Source of the DNA: Ranitomeya imitator
Taxonomy: Eukaryota
Reading direction: 5' to 3'
Length of the DNA: 64,000 nucleotides
Assembly (NCBI RefSeq): GCF_032444005.1
Contig: NC_091286.1
Coordinates: 72,230,001-72,294,000 of the forward strand
This document shows positions 13,551-29,229 of the stretch, in pieces (the first letter of the stretch is position 1; every line of letters begins with the position of its first letter). Both the position numbers and the translations under genes were made by a program. The notes below the pieces were generated by a model, which saw only the letters and a list, made by a program, of their open reading frames with translations, had not been told where the DNA came from and searched no databases.

Positions 13551-14390
13551 AGGGAATCTGTCACTTCCGGGACATATATGACCTATTAATATGGGCATAC
13601 AGGTAACAGAAATGTTACACTAGTCCTACCTGTATGCCTCATATTAATGGTCTTGATGCTGAGAAATGTTATATTCAGTCTTTATGTTAATGATTTCTTC
13701 CAGGCTCTGGGGCATGCGGTACCAGGAAGAAATCCCTGCCTCCTCTCCTCATTAAAATACTACATCCCTCCCATGCACATCAGTTACGCCCCTGGAATCC
13801 TGCGCCTTTGCCCTGCACTCCCTTAGAAATACATACCTTATGCTCCCTTCTGTGGGCACTGCATTCCGGGATCTTCTGCGCATGTGCCGACGAGTCAATG
13901 TGACCTCCAGTGTGTGCGTCGATAAGGTGCTCTCCCCACTTCCTGGCTGCATAGTCATAGCTAGGAACCATGTGTACATACGGATGACTATGCAGGGAGG
14001 ATGTAAGGAGAGCACATTATCGGCGAGCACACCGGAGGTCACTGGAGCGCAAGGCGCCAGCGCCTGCGCAGAAGATCCCTGAATGCAGCACCCATAGATG
14101 GATGAGGTATGTATTTCTGAGACCGTGCAGGGCTCAGGTGCAGGATTCCATGGCCATAACTGATGCTGAAGGGAGGGGGTAGGATTACAATGAGGAGAGG
14201 AGGCAGGGATTTCTTCCAGGCACTGCACACCCTGGAGCCTGGAAGAAAGCAAAAGAGAAAGAATATAACATCTTTCCACAACAAGACCATTCATATGAGG
14301 CATACAGGTAGGACTAGTGTAACATTTCTATCACCTGTATGCCCATATTAATAGGTCACATACGTCCTGGGGCGGGGTGACAGATTCCCT
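13551..14390. mobile_element. Large palindromic T2/Kolobok-type MITE
   Basis: TIR agggaatctgtcac / gtgacagattccct, TTAA at the right end (TGAA at the left), long imperfect inverted arms. The ORFs here are symmetric artefacts. Confidence 0.75.
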
Positions 14391-15798
14391 TTAATGCCTA
14401 TGGATTTATAAAAGTTGTTGTACGAGTACTGTGTGCAGGTGTCTCAATACTTTGGTCCATACAGTATATAGGATCATGACGTGTACAGGACAAATTCTCA
14501 CCCTCCAAAAGAGAAGAAAAAAAAAACAACTAAGTTTCCATTCAGTGACAGAACATAGATCACGAAAACAGTAACAGAAATGGATGCACTGAGTAAATTG
14601 GACAACCTCAGAACATTTGCATGAAATTCTGACAGTCATTATCAGCTCATCAGCCGGGAGGTCGTTTCACTTGAGAATTACCGAACATGCAGCAAGAACA
14701 TGACATCAATTCTGCCAAATTCCATGAATTCACTTTTGTAATGTTCCAAAAAAAGGACAATAGTCATTATCAGCGCATGAGGAAGCATTGTTACTAATTG
14801 TCAGACAACTAAAAATAAATGATTTTTGCACAAAATGGAGAAGTACGCAGTCACGTAAAACTGCAGAATCATTCTGTGCGTGTACATTTATTAATGTTAG
14901 CTCATGTTATGACTCCTAAATCATAAGACCTGTAAGCTCTACATGGTTTCCAAGGAGATGAAAAAGATAATTACTTTTTTTTTTTTTAACCTCTTTTCAG
15001 TTATGTTTTTTTCTTCCTTACTTATTTTACATTTTAATGTGCTGAAAAAAATACAGAAAAAAATCTTTATAGGGTATAATGAAAAGAAAAAGAAAAAAAA
15101 AATCAGTGACTGTTAACTGTTTTTTGGGGGGGTCAGTACTACAGCTACATCTTATTTATACTTTTTTAATGTTTTTTGGGGGAAAGCTGCAGTTTTTATT
15201 TGCACCGTTTTGAGATTACCTTCTGATCCCACTCTCAGCCCTGTATCCCCCACCGGTCTTGTGACCGCTGCAAACTTTTAATTTTCGTGGAGCATGTGCG
15301 TAATGAGTCAAGAGAGGGTTAATATACGGACTTGTTAAATCTTTTTTACGGACAGGGAAAGAAAAGAGCCTTATTTTTACGGACTAGAATTTCTGGACGG
15401 TTGGCAGCCCGGTCCTCAAAATCTATCCTCAAGACCATTGAAAGGACATGAGAATAGATTGGCTGGGGTCCAACACTCGGATGCCCCCGCTAACCAGCTA
15501 TTGTCAGTGACAGCGGCTGGAACTGCGCCATGTTTTTTGTAGTGGCCATGGCTGGGTACTGCACATCCGTCTCTTATTCAAATCAATAGTCCAAAACAGA
15601 TCAGTGGCATAACTAAGGCAGACACAAGCAGAGAAACCCCACTGATTATTATGGGGTTGGATGTGGGTTCTATTACATCTCAGTTTTTAGGATGGGAAAA
15701 AAAAGTTCTGCTTGATGCACTTTTTCTAAAATATTAGAAGGCGGCAGCACGTCAAGCCCACAAAAAAAAAATTAACGGAACTTCGACAGATACCTTAA

Positions 15799-15970
15799 GG
15801 CCGGGGTCACACTTCCGAGTGCAGTGCGAGAAACTCGTGCAAGTCTCTCACATCAATACCGGGACCGGAGCGTGCGGCTGCATGTATTTCTATGCCGTCC
15901 CGAGTGCCGACACCAGTGCCAGGTATTGATGCAAGTTTCTCGCATTGCACTCGCAAGTGTGACCCTGGCC
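15799..15970. mobile_element. Harbinger-like MITE (related to 43770-43964)
   Basis: TAA|ggccggggtcacactt ... aagtgtgaccctggcc|TAA. Confidence 0.75.
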
Positions 15971-16271
15971 TAAAAGTCAACAGCGCCCGTCTGCTTCCAT
16001 TTACATCAGTGATTTAACTCATTGGATTTGGGCATGAATTACATTTTTCTGTTCCAAAAAAAAAAAACAAAGTGAAGGACATCCACTTTCCAGAAAAGTC
16101 AATTTTGGAAAGTACTTATAAATAAAAAAAAAAGACAATTCTGGAGAATATTTAGGACTCAATATTACTTTGCCTCCTAAAAATGTATGAATAAACTGAC
16201 AGCTGGGCGATACCAGTTTTCAGTGTGTCCCTGCACAGTCTTACACTGTCCAACCAGTGCTGTGACCATCA

Positions 16272-16451
16272 GGCCACGTGCACACATTGAGGATTTGGTG
16301 AGTTTTTTACCTCAGTATTTATAAGCCAAAACCAGGAGTGGAACAATGAGAGGAAAAGTATAATAGAAACATATGCACCACTTCTGTAGTTATCACCCAC
16401 TCCTGGTATTCGCTGACAAATTCTGAGGTAAAAAACTCACCAAATACTGAG
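16272..16451. mobile_element. Truncated copy of the 4773 MITE family
   Basis: Shares the aagccaaaaccaggagtgg / ccactcctgg inverted core. Confidence 0.7.
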
Positions 16452-17252
16452 AAGTTTAGATGTTTTTCCATGTTGGTGGTGTTTTCCACTAGTAGATGAT
16501 ATTATATCCCCTGGTTTTTCCTGGGCCCCCTCCTCAGTGATTTGCTGGCACACTGGCACATTACAGGACACAATGGATCGGCGCTGTGCACAAGACCCTC
16601 ATTTATGAAGCCAAAGCTATTCATTTTTTACAGGCCCTTGTAAAACATGCCTTATAAAAACATGCTTCATTTGCTTGGAAATGCCCTGGAACGGACAGCA
16701 GTCACATAGATCCTGAGTGCTTAGGCCTCGCAGTAAGAGGGGAGCGGTTACAGGGTCTGTATGTCGCCGGCTGTATGGTGGTTACAGTCCGTGCAGGTTG
16801 TTCCCCACAGGAGCATGACTAAGTAAAATCCGTCATACATGATATAGACCACAGGAATGGACATTTCCCCATTCCTCATCTCTGAAATAAAGAGGTGGCC
16901 TTCCATCCTCATGCACACAGGTTGTATTAGACCGGTAGTATGGCACCCTATAGAAGTCTATGGGTTCATACTGTCCCTATGATTTCATACAAAGGCATTC
17001 AAAAATTAATTCTCATGGATTCATAAGTCGCCATAAATATTTTTCAGGAGAGTAAAACTATTTTTCTACATGAAATTCCCAAGCTGCAAGAAAAAGAAAA
17101 CAAAATACCCCTGTGTTCTCCTCTTTTATCATTTTATAATAGATTTTCCTGAAAAGACAGCATAGTGGTTGTGACAGTACACAGAGGAAACCCCGCCAAA
17201 GACATGATTGCATTTATAGCGGAATTTTTATCCAGTAAGATGAGAACAGAGG

Positions 17253-19830
17253 GACACCACAGTGCCCCAGCGACTCAGCCGTGCCAGACACCACAGTGCC
17301 CCCAGCGACTCAGCCGTGCCAGACACCACAGTGCCCCCAGCGACTCAGCCGTGCCAGACACCACAGTGCCCCCAGCGACTCAGCCGTGCCAGACAGCACA
17401 GTGCCCCCAGCGACTCAGCCGTGCCAGACACCACAGTGCCCCCAGCGACTCAGCCGTGCCAGACAGCACAGTGCCCCCAGCGACTCAGCCGTGCCAGACA
17501 CCACAGTGCCCCCAGCGACTCAGCCGTGCCAGACAGCACAGTGCCCCCAGCGACTCAGCCGTGCCAGACACCACAGTGCCCCCAGCGACTCAGCCGTGCC
17601 AGACACCACAGTGCCCCCAGCGACTCAGCCGTGCCAGACACCACAGTGCCCCCAGCGACTCAGCCGTGCCAGACACCACAGTGCCCCCAGCGACTCAGCC
17701 GTGCCAGACACCACAGTGCCCCAGCGACTCAGCCGTGCCAGACACCACAGTGCCCCCAGCGACTCAGCCGTGCCAGACACCACAGTGCCCCAGCGACTCA
17801 GCCGTGCCAGACACCACAGTGCCCCCAGCGACTCAGCCGTGCCAGACACCACAGTGCCCCAGCGACTCAGCCGTGCCAGACACCACAGTGCCCCCAGCGA
17901 CTCAGCCGTGCCAGACACCACAGTGCCCCAGCGACTCAGCCGTGCCAGACACCACAGTGCCCCCAGCGACTCAGCCGTGCCAGACACCACAGTGCCCCAG
18001 CGACTCAGCCGTGCCAGACACCACAGTGCCCCCAGCGACTCAGCCGTGCCAGACACCACAGTGCCCCCAGCGACTCAGCCGTGCCAGACACCACAGTGCC
18101 CCCAGCGACTCGGCCGTGCCAGACACCACAGTGCCCCCAGCGACTCGGCCGTGCCAGACACCACAGTGCCCCCAGCGACTCAGCCGTGCCAGACACCACA
18201 GTGCCCCCAGCGACTCAGCCGTGCCAGACACCACAGTGCCCCCAGCGACTCGGCCGTGCCAGACAGCACAGTGCCCCCAGCGACTCAGCCGTGCCAGACA
18301 CCACAGTGCCCCCAGCGACTCAGCCGTGCCAGACACCACAGTGCCCCCAGCGACTCAGCTGTGCCAGACACCACAGTGCCCCAGCGACTCAGCCGTGCCA
18401 GACACCACAGTGCCCCAGCGACTCAGCCGTGCCAGACAGCACAGTGCCCCCAGCGACTCAGCCGTGCCAGACACCACAGTGCCCCCAGGCCCCCAGCGAC
18501 TCAGCCGTGCCAGACACCACAGTGCCCCCAGTGACTCGGCCGTGCCAGACAGCACAGTGCCCCCAGCGACTCAGCCGTGCCAGACACCACAGTGCCCCCA
18601 GCGACTCAGCCGTGCCAGACACCACAGTGCCCCAGCGACTCAGCCGTGCCAGACAGCACAGTGCCCCCAGCGACTCAGCCGTGCCAGACACCACAGTGCC
18701 CCCAGGCCCCCAGCGACTTGCTGAGCCAGACACCATAGTGCCCACGGCAACACGGCCGTGCCAGACACCACAGTGCCCCCAGCAACTGAGCCGTGCCAGA
18801 CAGCACAGTGCCCCCAGCCACTCGGCCGTGCCAGACACCACAGTGCCCCCAGCGACTCAGCCGTGCCAGACAGCACAGTGCCCCCAGCGACTCAGCCGTG
18901 CCAGACAGCACAGTGCCCCCAGCGACTCGGCCGTGCCAAACACCACAGTGCCCCCAGCGACTCAGCCGTGCCAGACACCACAGTGCCCCCAGCGACTCAG
19001 CTGTGCCAGACACCACAGTGCCCCCAGCGACTGAGCCGTGCCAGACACCACAGTGCCCCCAGTGACTCAGCTGTGCCAGACAGCACAGTGCCCCCAGCGA
19101 CTCAGCCGTGCCAGACAGCACAGTCCCCCCAGCGACTCGGTCGTGTCAGACAGCACAGTGCCCCCAGCGACTCGGCCGTGCCAGACAGCACAGTGCCCCC
19201 AGCGACTCGGCCGTGCCAGACACCACAGTGCCCCCAGCGACTCGGCCGTGCCAGACACCACAGTGCCCCCAGCGACTCGACCTTGCCAAACACCACAGTG
19301 CACCTGGCGACTCGGCCGTGCCAGACACCACAGTGCCCCCAGCGACTCAGCCGTGCCAGACAGCACAGTGCTCCCCGGCAACTCGGCCGTGCCAGACACC
19401 ACAGTGCCCCCAGCGACTCAAGGGTGCCAGACAGCACAGTGCCCCCGCGACTTGTCCGAGCCAGACACCATAGTGCCCATGGCGACTCGGCCGCGCCAGA
19501 CACCATAGTGCCCACGGCGACTCGGCCGCGCCAGACACCACAGTGCCCCCAGCGACTCGGCCGTGCCAGACAGCACAGTGCCCCCAGCGACTCGGCCGTG
19601 CCAGACAGCACAGTGCCCCCAGCGACTCAGCTGTGCCAGACACAACAGTGCCCCCAGCGACTCGGCCGTGCCAGACAGCACAGTGCCCCCAGCGACTCAG
19701 CCGTGCCAGACAGCACAGTGCCCCCAGCGACTCAGCCGTGCCAGACACCACAGTGCCCCCAGCGACTCGGCCGTGCCAGACAGCACAGTGCCCCCAGCGA
19801 CTCGGCCGTGCCAGACAGCACAGTGCCCCC
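17253..19830. repeat. 35-bp GC-rich minisatellite (~74 units)
   Basis: Unit ccagacaccacagtgcccccagcgactcagccgtg; 34/35-bp variants; explains all ORFs from 17165 to 19878. Confidence 0.97.
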
Positions 19831-21734
19831 TCCCCCCACAGTATAAAGAGTAGTAGAATAGAAAAAACAGCTCAATAACTTGGGCACAGATGCCACTCTA
19901 TAATGATACACCCCTGTGATGATCCAATTCCTCAGGGTAAAAGTCCAACTTTATTAAATGCTCAGTTTAAAGAAAAAAAAACACAGAATATCCACATCTG
20001 TTCCTTACCAGCGTGTCCAGATGATACTTTACTTCGGATACATATGACCAGTTTAGGAACTTTTCAATTCATATATCAGTAGGGAAACTTACAGGGGCTG
20101 ATAGTGGGGGAACAGAAAAAAACTGCTCTGCTTTCAGGGAGCGTAGGGACATAAAAGTATGGGGGCGGTTTTACTTTCTTTTCACCATCCCAACCCCCCT
20201 GTACACAAGCATGCTCAAATTGGCCAAGTGTGCATGTACTTAAAATGGGGACAAGGGAACAAGTGGCTGAAAGAAACCTCTGACTGAGTCTTAAAGGATA
20301 AGGCACGCTGACAATCAAGATGTCCAATCCTTCTCTCTCTCTATCTGCTTTCTAGGGAGAGTGCGGACACCTCACACACAATCTGAGGCTGATATGGTCA
20401 CGTTCAGTCAATGTTCATCTAGTACATGTGGCCACCTTCAGCCTGTCCTGAAATCATACCAATATCCTACAAACATGAGTATTCTGATCTGTGAGTCTCC
20501 TGCCATGACTCCGACATCACACATAGGTAATAATGTGATGGCCATGGTCTGCTGGGGAAACATGGGACCCACTACACCCAGATCACATAGTGAATGCGGC
20601 CATATTACTGCACGTGGCGTGATGCAACCGCAGCAGACAGTTGTGGAAAATCCAAACCTGCTGGAAAAGTCAACAGAAAGCAATATGAAACGTGCGACTG
20701 CGAGTTAGTGACTTTTTTTTTTTTAGTTTGTATTGCAAATCTTAAAATCACTCATCATCGCCAAATGGCACCTTAAAAATAATCCGGCAACTTTACTGCA
20801 AGTTGTAGGCGGATCTGGAAGCCATGAAGCCCTGGACTAAAAAGAAGTCTGAGAGATCCCCTCATACATGTTGTTATTAAAATACATATACTTTTGTAGT
20901 GAGCAGTTCAATAAGTGTTGAGACCCCCTGATAAAATGCGAGGACCCTGATCACAGTGGTAATAGAGGTCCTGCGCTGGTACTTTCCATGAGATATCAGT
21001 TCAGCATAACTCAATAGCTTCTTCTGGTGTAAGGACCCTGCTATTCTATAACCAGAGCCTGAGCTCAGCAAAGGGGGCGCCGAAATATAGATAAATACTG
21101 CCATCTAGTGGTTGTGCCTCACTACAGGTCCACTATCCCATCAGCCAAAAACAGCACTGTCCTCTGTGTAGTGTTCCTCCAGTGACTGGTTTGGGGACTT
21201 CGCCATATTCAGATGATCGCACTGATCATCAAAAGCAACAAACATGAGTATCGCTGAAATGGAGCGATGCAGCACAAAACAGAAATGGGGGAGCACAGGA
21301 ATTTGTACAATCAACAGCACTCAATTTTTTCGAGCAAGTGATAGATCCTCTAAAATTTTCATCTAAAAACAACAACAAAAAAAAGACACCCTTAAAAAAA
21401 ATCAACGAGAAAAAAGTAGAGGCTCTCATTATGTAGTGACACACAAATTACATTTTTTTTTTTTTAAACATGGGTTTTTTGTGCCAAAATGTAAAATAAA
21501 ATTACATATCTGGCTTGTAACACCAATCTCATCAAGCACATTGGAATTGTGAAATGGATTTAGGCCCCTGTTTTTTCTATTAGAAAAACAAACAAACACT
21601 CTACCCCCCTAATCAATTCTCCCCTCTTTTCTTCAAGTGCTGCCCGGATCTCCATTCACTGGCTGTAATAATGTCCTATTTCTCACTTCTGTGGGCAGCA
21701 ATTGGCTGCTATAGTCACATGTCCAGAAGAGACC

Positions 21735-24700
21735 AGCAGGGACCTGTGCAGCAGCACTGGAACAGGAGCAGCAGGGACCTGAGCTGCGCTGGAACAGGAG
21801 CAGCAGGGACCTGAGCAGCGCTGGAACAGGAGCAGCCCGGACCTGAGCTGCGCTGAGAAAGGAGCAGCAGGGACCTGAGATGCGCTAAAAAATGAGCAGC
21901 ATAGACCTGAGCAGTGCTGGGAAAGGAGCAGCAGGGACCTGAGCAGCACTGGAAAAGGAGCAGCAGGGATCTGAGCAGCACTGGAACAGGAGCAGCAGGG
22001 ACCTGAGCTGCGCTGGGAAAGGAGCAGCAGGGACCTGAGATGCGCTGGAACAGGAGCAGCAGAGACCTGAGCAGCGCTGGGAAAGGAGCAGCAGGGACCT
22101 GATCAGCACTGGAAAAGGAGCAGCAGAGACCTGAGCAGTGCTGGGAAAGGAGCAGCAGGGACCTGAGCAGCACTGGAAAAGGAGCAGCAGGGATCTGAGC
22201 AGCACTGGAACAGGAGCAGCAGGGACCTGAGCTGCGCTGGGAAAGGAGCAGCAGGGACCTGAGATGCGCTGGAACAGGAGCAGCAGAGACCTGAGCAGCG
22301 CTGGGAAAGGAGCAGCAGGGTCCTGATCAGCACTGGAAAAGGAGCAGCAGGGATCTGTGCAGCGCTGGCACAGGAGCAGCAGGGACCTGAGCAGCGCTGG
22401 AAAAGGAGCGGCAGGGACCTGAGCAGCACTAGAACAGGAGCAGCAGGGACCTGAGCAGTGACAGAAAAGGAGCAGCAGGGACCTGAGCAGCGCTGGAAAA
22501 GGAGCGGCAGGGACCTGAGCAGCACTAGAACAGGAGCAGCAGGGACCTGAGCAGTGACAGAAAAGGAGCAGCAGGGACCTGAGCAGCGCTGGAAAAGGAG
22601 CAGCAGGAACCTGAGCAGCGCTGGAAAAGGAGCAGCAGGGACCTGAGCAGCGCTGGAACAGGAGCAGCAGGGACCTGAGCAGCGCTAGAAAAGGAGCAGC
22701 AGGGACCTGAGCAGTGCTGGGAAAGGAGCAGCAGGGACCTGAGCAGCACTGGGAAAGGAGCAGCAGGGACCTGAGCAGCACTGGAAAAGGAGCAGCAGAG
22801 ACCTGAGCAGCGCTGGGAAAGGAGCAGCAGGGACCTGAGCAGCGCTGGAAAAGGAGCAGAAGGGACCTGAGCAGCGCTGGGAAAGGAGCAGCAGGGACCT
22901 GAGCAGCACTGGAAAAGGAGCAGCAGGGACCTGAGCTGTGATGGAAAAGGAGCAGCAGGGACCTGAGCAGAACAAACAGGAGCAGCGGTGACCTGAGCAG
23001 CGCTGGAAAAGGAACAGCACGGACCTGAGCAACACTAGAAAAGGAGCAGCAGGGACCTGAGCAGCACTGGAACAGGAGCAGCGTTGACCTGAGAAGCTGG
23101 AAGATGAGCCGCGGGGACCTAAACAGCACTGGAAGATGAGCAGCCAGGACCTGAGCAGCGGTGAAAGATGAGCTGTGGGGACCTGAGCAGCGCTGAAAGA
23201 TGAGCCGCGGGGACTTGAGCAGCGCTGGGAAAGGAGCAGCAGGGACCTGAGCAGCGCTGGAACAGGAGCAGCAGGGACATGAGCAGAACTGGAACAGGAG
23301 CAGCGGTGACCAGAGCAGAACTGGAACAGGAGCAGCGGTGACCAGAGCAGCGCTGGAAAAGTAACAGCGTTGACCTGAGTAGCGCTGGAAAAGGAACAGC
23401 ACGGACCTGAGCAACACTAGAAGAGGAGCAGCAGGGACCTGAGCAGCATTGGAACAGGAGCAGCAGGGACCTGAGCAGCGCTAGAAAAGGAGAAGCAGGA
23501 ACCTGAGCAGTGCTGGGAAAGGAGCAGCAGAGACCTGAGCAGCGCTGGGAAAGGAGCAGCAGGGACCTGAGCAGCGCTGGGAAAGGAGCAGCAGGGACCT
23601 GAGCAGCACTAAGAAAGGAGCAGCAGGGACCTGAGCAGCGCTGGGAAAGGAGCAGCAGGGACATGAGCAGCGCTGGGAAAGGAGCAGCAGGGACCTGAGC
23701 AGCACTAAGAAAGGAGCAGCAGGGACCTGAGCAGCGCTGGGAAAGGAGCAGCAGGGACATGAGCAGCACTGGAACAGGAGCAGCGTTGACCTGAGCAGCT
23801 GGAAGATGAGCCGCGGGGACCTAAACAGCACTGGAAGATGAGCAGCCAGGACCTGAGCAGCGCTGAAAGATGAGCTGTGGGGACCTGAGCAGCGCTGAAA
23901 GATGAGCCGTGGGGACTTGAGCAGCGCTGGGAAAGGAGCAGCAGGGACATGAGCAGAACTGGAACAGGAGCAGCGGTGACCAGAGCAGAACTGGAACAGG
24001 AGCAGCGGTGACCAGAGCAGCGCTGGAAAAGTAACAGCGTTGACCTGAGTAGCGCTGGAAAAGGAACAGCACGGACCTGAGCAACACTAGAAGAGGAGCA
24101 GCAGGGACCTGAGCAGCATTGGAACAGGAGCAGCAGGGACCTGAGCAGCGCTAGAAAAGGAGAAGCAGGAACCTGAGCAGTGCTGGGAAAGGAGCAGCAG
24201 AGACCTGAGCAGCGCTGGGAAAGGAGCAGCAGGGACCTGAGCAGCGCTGGGAAAGGAGCAGCAGGGACCTGAGCAGCACTAAGAAAGGAGCAGCAGGGAC
24301 CTGAGCAGCGCTGGGAAAGGAGCAGCAGGGACATGAGCAGCGCTGGGAAAGGAGCAGCAGGGACCTGAGCAGCACTGGAACAGGAGCAGCGTTGACCTGA
24401 GCAGCTGGAAGATGAGCCGCGGGGACCTAAACAGCACTGGAAGATGAGCAGCCAGGACCTGAGCAGCGCTGAAAGATGAGCTGTGGGGACCTGAGCAGCG
24501 CTGAAAGATGAGCCGTGGGGACTTGAGCAGCGCTGGGAAAGGAGCAGCAGGGACCTGAGCAGCGCTGGAAAAGGAGCAGCAGGGACCTGAGCAGCGCTGG
24601 AAAAGCAGCAGCAGGGACCTGAGCAGAACTGGAACAGGAGCAGCGGTGACTAGAGCAGCCCTGGAAAAGTAACAGCGTTGATCTGAGCAGCGCTGGAAAA

Positions 24701-25488
24701 GGAGCAGCAGGGACCTGAGCAGCGCTGGGAAAGGAGCAGCAGGGACCTGAGCAGCGCTGGAAAAGGAGCAGCAGGGACCTGAGCTGCGCTGGGAAAGGAG
24801 CAGCAGGGACCTGAGCAGCGCTGGAAAAGTAACAGCGTTGACCTGAGTAGCGCTGGAAAAGGAACAGCACGGACCTGAGCAACACTAGAAGAGGAGCAGC
24901 AGGGACCTGAGCAGCATTGGAACAGGAGCAGCAGGGACCTGAGCAGCGCTAGAAAAGGAGAAGCAGGAACCTGAGCAGTGCTGGGAAAGGAGCAGCAGGG
25001 ACCTGAGCAGCGCTAGAAAAGGAGCAGCAGAGACCTGAGCAGCGCTGGGAAAGGAGCAGCAGGGACCTGAGCAGCGCTGGGAAAGGAGCAGCAGGGACCT
25101 GAGCAGCACTAAGAAAGGAGCAGCAGGGACCTGAGCAGCGCTGGGAAAGGAGCAGCAGGAACCTGAGCAGCGCTGGGAAAGGAGCAGCAGGGGCCTGAGC
25201 AGCGCTGGAAAAGGAGCAGCAGGTACCTGAGCAGCGCTGGAACAGGAGCAGCAGGGACCTGAGCAGCGCTGGGAAAGGAGCAGCAGGGACATGAGCAGCG
25301 CTGGGAAAGGAGCACCAGGGACCTGAGCAGCGCTGGAAAAGGAGCAGCAGGGACCTGAGCAGCGCTGGAAAAGCAGCATCAGGGACCTGAGCAGAACTCG
25401 AACAGGAGCAGCGGTGACTAGAGCAGCCCTGGAAAAGTAACAGCGTTGATCTGAGCAGCGCTGGAAAAGGAACAGCACGGACCTGAGC
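21735..25488. repeat. 32-bp purine-rich minisatellite (~115 units) with higher-order blocks
   Basis: Unit ggagcagcagggacctgagcagcgctggaaaa; diagnostic variant blocks recur at 23101, 23803 and 24409. Confidence 0.97.
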
Positions 25489-25489
25489 A

Positions 25490-25780
25490 CACTTCGTGGA
25501 AAATCCGCTGCGGAAACGCTGCGGTTTAAAAGAAGTAGCATGTCACTTCTTTTTTGTGAATCTGCAGCGTTTTTATACCCATTCCATTATAAAAAACTGC
25601 AGGGGTAAAAAACGCAGCAAATCCGCAATAAAATCCGCAATAAAACCGCAGCAAAAACGCACAAAAAATGTTGTGGAACCGCACAAAAAATGCGACAAAT
25701 CCGCAGGTGCGTTTTCTGCCAGAAGAGGCAGAATCCGCACCAGAAATTCCTAAGCCTAATCCGCAACGTGTGCACATAGC
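25490..25780. mobile_element. 5'-truncated Harbinger-like MITE (family of 48070-48432)
   Basis: Ends ccgcaacgtgtgcacatagcc; contains aatccgca/tgcgg repeats like the 48070 copy. Confidence 0.65.
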
Positions 25781-26699
25781 CTGAATCCTATTCTTAGGAT
25801 AGGGGGATAACTAACCGATAGTTGGAGATGCAGCCACTAGGACCCCTGTGAACCTGAGAACATGGCTCTGGAATGCGAGAAGCTACCTTGGATGTAAGTC
25901 AAGTAGCTTAGGTATCCATGGTTACGACCATTCATATAGTGAGTTAGTTGTTAGTGATCTTAACCATGGATACCTAATGTACTGAAATGCCTGCACTTGT
26001 GGTAAGCGACATAGCTCATCAGAAGAACTGTACAACATTTCTAATTGGAGGTATTTGATAATATTGTCATTATTACACCAACTACAAATTGGGATAGGAT
26101 CTTGGAGATGAGAATACCCCTTTAAAGACACTGTGGACACATAGCCATTGGTTGTTATTTTAGCAGCTGAAGGGGTTGTCACACAGCTTTCCTGGCCTCC
26201 TGAAAAGTAAATGTGTTTACATCTACAGTCCTATGAAGCAATGCAGCCTTCAGGAGCGCCTTCTCTGACCTCTAAGAATAAAGCACTTCCAGAGAAAGAT
26301 TTTGTTCCAAAATGTGAACCCCCCTGAAGAGGACATTATCTTTCTCTAAGATTCCTGTACGTAGAGGTTGATCAGATGACTCTTGATGACTATGGAGGAT
26401 CTGTACATTAAACTTATGTATCACCACCAGGGCAAATCACACAATTCATAAAGTATTCACCCCCGGGGACAGATGTGGACAGAGATTCGTGTAATGATTA
26501 GTTCCTACCTTGACAACCAGTTTGGAAGACATCAGGTCACGCCGTCCAGATACGAGACCTGTAACGATCAGCAAAGAATGATATCGGTTACGGGAGGAGA
26601 AGTCATATTCCATGACTCTGCAGAACATGGCAGGACGAGCAGAGGACGCCAGAGGGGGATAATCACACATTGCCCCAGCTGGGCAGATACCAAGAGATA

Positions 26700-28298
<1,599 letters not shown>

Positions 28299-28482
28299 TA
28301 AGTATGTACTGATCCCCAGAGGACCCCTATCTCGCTGTGCTGTCACATTACGGTTTACTGATGCAATTTTACGGTAATAAATGGTGATTTGACAGCACTC
28401 ATGCACAAACACTGCATGTATGTTACATATGTATATACCGTATACTGTATAGAGACCATTCAATATTTGCTCTAGGTTTTAA

Positions 28483-28889
28483 AGGTTATTCCTGTCTTAG
28501 AAAGCCATCCCCCTAACTACACCGCCAGGACCCCGACTGATCCGGATGGGCTCCACTGATCCTGGGAACAGGGCTCGGAGGTGCCCGTTGTCCAGGAGCG
28601 ATGGCCGACCATGCGACCCCCACTCTATTTATTGCCACTGTGACTGTTGGAGGACGCCGATCACTGTGACGATCTCCAGCCGTCCCATATGCAATAAATA
28701 TTGCGGTGACGCTCAAGTGCGGCTTTCGCTCCACTCAGATGGGACACTACAGAGCCCCCTCTCAGCATCGGTGGGGTCCCACTCTACAACCAATGGGCAG
28801 AGTGATGGTGGGCAGGTGGGACCCAGAAATCGGCACGGTACCCCTTATCCTGTGGGCAGGTGAAACATTTCTAAGATGGGAATATCCCT
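28483..28889. mobile_element. T2/Kolobok-type MITE
   Basis: TTAA|aggttattcctgtcttagaaa ... tttctaagatgggaatatccct|TTAA. Confidence 0.75.
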
Positions 28890-29229
28890 TTAAGGTGACA
28901 AATTGCCGCAGGTTTTAGTGGAAATTCATAGGCTGCGAATTTCGTTGCTTAAAGTTCTGTAATCGCCCATTTACGAGACACCACCCAATTCTCCTGAATG
29001 GAAGGGATATTCATGACAGCTGCAAAATCTGCAACGTGGGACTTGACCCTTACACTGCCAGTTAAGCACCAGAAGAAAATGCTGCAAAACGCAATGGAGT
29101 GGGGGCAGGGGATTTATTAAAGGTTTATTCCCCAAAACCAAGTTAGACCCTTTTTATAGGAAAGGGAATAACTTGCTGATCACTGTGGGTTCGACCACTG
29201 CTGGCTCCAATCAGCAGCAATGAGCCGGC

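Noticed and set aside
17253-19830. CACAGTG (V(D)J RSS heptamer) in every repeat unit
   Set aside because: There is no ACAAAAACC-like nonamer at 12- or 23-bp spacing and no Ig/TCR segments nearby.
17165-19878. Long Pro/Gln/Cys-rich ORFs (up to 590 aa) on both strands
   Set aside because: These are translations of a stop-free 35-bp tandem unit and read open in most frames. No non-repetitive domain is present.
21683-25541. Long Leu/Cys/Ser-rich minus-strand ORFs (up to 510 aa)
   Set aside because: Artefact of the 32-bp minisatellite.
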